Of a stretch of DNA of 60,019 nucleotides, positions 58,223 to 60,019 are shown one piece after another (within the stretch, counting starts at the first letter, position 1; the number at the start of each line of letters is the position of its first letter). The notes below the pieces were generated by a model. The model saw only the letters and a program-made list of their open reading frames with translations. It was not told the origin of the DNA and did not search any database. The stretch spans positions 1 to 60,019 of the forward strand of contig JAYEFY010000048.1 of NCBI GenBank assembly GCA_034658815.1. The letters are read 5' to 3'. The DNA is from Patescibacteria group bacterium. GTDB taxonomy: Bacteria; Patescibacteriota; Minisyncoccia; Moranbacterales; DUUL01. The translations under genes and the position numbers were made by a program.

Positions 58223-58320
58223 ACAAAAAGGGAAATAGCGCAAACAAGCTATGGCCCCTTTTTTCTTTTGTTATAAGCAAAAAGCTGAAAGTCCAAACGG
58301 ACGAGTAGGCTTTTATCTTT
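58223..58320. repeat. Direct repeat copy B
   Basis: ACAAAAAGGGAAATAGCGCAAACAAGCTAT...TAAGCAAAAAGCTGAAAGTCCAAACGGAC...TAGGCTTTTAT. Confidence 0.8.
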
Positions 58321-58328
58321 TATTTATG

Positions 58329-58474
58329 TATGCTGGGGAGGAGGGATTTTCGCCTCGTCTTCACTAAAGTTCAGACTTCGTTGTCCAGGGCAGCGCTGAA
58401 AGCTGTTCGCTTCCAGCGACACTCGCTTATCTCACTTTGTTCGATGCTCGCTTCTGCCCGTTCGAATCCCTCTC
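58329..58474 (-). repeat. Duplicated tRNA-Gln 3' end plus an inverted T-arm copy
   Basis: 58329-58348 equals 58521-58540; GTTCGAATCCCTC at 58460-58472 is inverted relative to the tRNA T arm. Confidence 0.75.
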
Positions 58475-58524
58475 TCAAAACACACAAACAAAAAACGGAA
58501 CAAGCCTTTTTTCATTTGTGTATG

Positions 58525-58596
58525 CTGGGGAGGAGGGATTCGAACCCCCGAATCACGGGACCAGAACCCGTTGCCTTACCGCTTGGCTACTCCCCA
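58525..58596 (-). tRNA. tRNA-Gln(CTG)
   Basis: TGGGGAG/CTCCCCA acceptor, ACGGG-TTCTGGT-CCCGT anticodon arm, GTTCGAATC T loop. Confidence 0.96.
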
Positions 58597-58745
58597 AGAA
58601 ATATTTTGTAAAAAACTTTGTCCCGTTTCAATCTTGACCACTCTTTTTATCCCATCCAAGCGGTCAGCTTGCCCGCCCGAACGTACCATTCGGTACGGGC
58701 GAGCCCGCCCGTCCGAAGCTTTAACGCAGGCGGGGCTACTCCCCA
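58562..58745 (-). repeat. 184-bp direct repeat, copy 1 (tRNA-Gln 5' half, upstream DNA, and a REP-interrupted tRNA 5' tip)
   Basis: Near-identical to 59097-59280 (535-bp offset). Confidence 0.9.
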
Positions 58746-59002
58746 ATGTTATTTTGTGTAAATAACTCCTTTAGTTGTTGGCGTAAAAATCTTTTTCCTT
58801 CAGTAGTTTTCAGATATCGTTCTCTTCGTTCAGCATCTTGCGATAATAAATATGCTTCGTAATGAATAAGCTTAACAGGTAAACGCTTACTTGTGAACTT
58901 TGATTTTCCAAGTTTATGTTCCTCAACTCTTCTTTTTAAGTTGCTCGTGCACCCAGTATAAATCTGCAAATTATTTAAAAGTAAAATATAAACGTAATGC
59001 AT
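58736..59002 (-). CDS. Minimal GIY-YIG nuclease, 88 aa
   Basis: YVYILL...IYTGCT, RRVEEH, RLPVKLIHYEAY, AERRERYLKT; stop codon supplied by the tRNA-derived TGGGGAGTAG. Confidence 0.9.
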   Translation of the reverse strand: MHYVYILLLNNLQIYTGCTSNLKRRVEEHKLGKSKFTSKRLPVKLIHYEAYLLSQDAERRERYLKTTEGKRFLRQQLKELFTQNNIGE

Positions 59003-59059
59003 TTTGGAATATTTGTATTTAATACCTACAGAAATTTATTGCACTACCGTAGGAACCAT

Positions 59060-59095
59060 CATGTCATTCGACATGATGCCATGTCGAATGACATG
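59060..59095. repeat. Perfect 16-bp-arm inverted repeat whose arms are themselves hairpins
   Basis: CATGTCATTCGACATG-ATGC-CATGTCGAATGACATG. Confidence 0.9.
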
Positions 59096-59096
59096 G

Positions 59097-59280
59097 CAGA
59101 ACCCGTTGCCTTACCGCTTGGCTACTCCCCAAGAAATATTTTGTAAAAAATCTTATCTCGTTTCAATCTTGACCACTCTTTTTATCCCATCCAAGCGGTC
59201 AGCTTGCCCGCCCGAACGTACTATTCGGTACGGGCGGGTCTGCCCGTCCGAAGCTTTAGCGCAGGCGGGGCTACTCCCCA
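59097..59280 (-). repeat. 184-bp direct repeat, copy 2; its tRNA half ends exactly after the anticodon
   Basis: TGGGGAGTAGCCAAGCGGTAAGGCAACGGGTTCTG, then the 59060-59095 palindrome. Confidence 0.9.
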
Positions 59281-59368
59281 AGATTATATCATTCCAAGTT
59301 TGTCGAGGTTCAATCATTTGACGGGGTAAAAATTGCTTCGTGTAGATATAGAAAGTATTTCAGTGCCA

Positions 59369-59417
59369 AGGGATCCTTCGACTTCTCCCGCTAAGCGGGA
59401 TTCACTCAGGATGACAA
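59369..59417. repeat. REP-like element related to the right part of 25792-25947
   Basis: AGGGATCCTTCGACTTCTCCCGCTAAGCGGGATTCACTCAGGATGACAA. Confidence 0.65.
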
Positions 59418-59437
59418 AAAGTAATATGAAGTGAAGA

Positions 59438-60019
59438 TTACTTTTTGGTAATTTTCCCTCCAAACATTTTCATCGCATCGTGGAGAATGTTGTGCTCTTT
59501 GTTGTCTGTGTTTTCGGGAAAATTCATTGATGCACATTCTTTTTCGGTGACAAATGATACTTTCAGCGACGTATCGGTGATTGTATCAACCACTTTTTGA
59601 ACTGTCAATCGATTGTTCAGCTCGGACAGCCTCTCTTTATAAAAGTCGTATTTTGTTTTTATATACAGTGTATTATTCATTATTCCGCATGGAGTACAAT
59701 TTTCCAAAAATGCGTGGATTGAATGATTGTGGGGTTTTACATCTTCTATTATCTTTGACCAATATCCCAGAACATCTTCAAAAGCAATGTTCGAACTTTT
59801 ACTTTTTGAGATATCTGATGGCGGTTTTTCCTGATCATCTGTTTTTTCTTCTACTTCGATTTCGGCCATTGCTTGTTCAACGGAAGTAACAGTCGTTTTC
59901 GGTTCTTGAAGAGTATTTTTTTCCGGAGGGGCCTCTTTTCTTAGAGCTTCCGCTTCGGACGGTTCGCGATCCGGACTATTTCGCATGCCGGCGGTTTCTG
60001 TTGCCGGAGCCGGTACGGC
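59438..60019 (-). CDS. dnaX: DNA polymerase III gamma/tau, C-terminal part (gene starts beyond the window)
   Basis: Pro/Ala/Glu-rich linker, then WSKIIEDVK...HAFLENCTP...FYKERL...AMKMFGG; frame is open to the window edge. Confidence 0.75.
   Translation of the reverse strand, partial: AVPAPATETAGMRNSPDREPSEAEALRKEAPPEKNTLQEPKTTVTSVEQAMAEIEVEEKTDDQEKPPSDISKSKSSNIAFEDVLGYWSKIIEDVKPHNHSIHAFLENCTPCGIMNNTLYIKTKYDFYKERLSELNNRLTVQKVVDTITDTSLKVSFVTEKECASMNFPENTDNKEHNILHDAMKMFGGKITKK

Overview
AT-rich bacterial chromosome segment. Its gene content (DUF4012- and DUF3160-like proteins, a double-domain PilB/GspE ATPase, mostly SD-less AT-rich leaders) is most consistent with a Patescibacteria/CPR (Parcubacteria-like) genome; this is inference, not a database result. 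The backbone is housekeeping: rplS, rpsO, pcrA, rsmA, glmS, ruvB, dnaJ, murA, mreB, holB, lysS, serS, ddl, tsaD, lgt, the 3' part of dnaX and five tRNAs. The most striking non-standard signal occurs independently at both ends of the window. At tRNA-Val(TAC) and at tRNA-Gln(CTG), a minimal (83-88 aa) GIY-YIG nuclease gene sits in tandem direct repeats built from broken tRNA copies, and short palindromes lie at the breakpoints, at or next to the anticodon or D arm. The same palindrome families are dispersed through intergenic DNA, often nested inside each other and inside a MITE-like family with GGGACTGTTTCCAAACTA termini. No RAYT/IS transposase is seen in this window, so the small GIY-YIG genes are candidate drivers of a tRNA-anchored nuclease/palindrome system. 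Other notable items: an SD-led pyrD-pyrC-LOG-pyrF-pyrE cluster with one in-frame TGA in pyrC, a promoter-driven rod-shaped 6S-like ncRNA candidate, a solitary OLD-family nuclease with degenerate Walker motifs, and a direct-repeat-flanked single-gene cassette. Protein calls come from motif recognition by eye; no searches were run.
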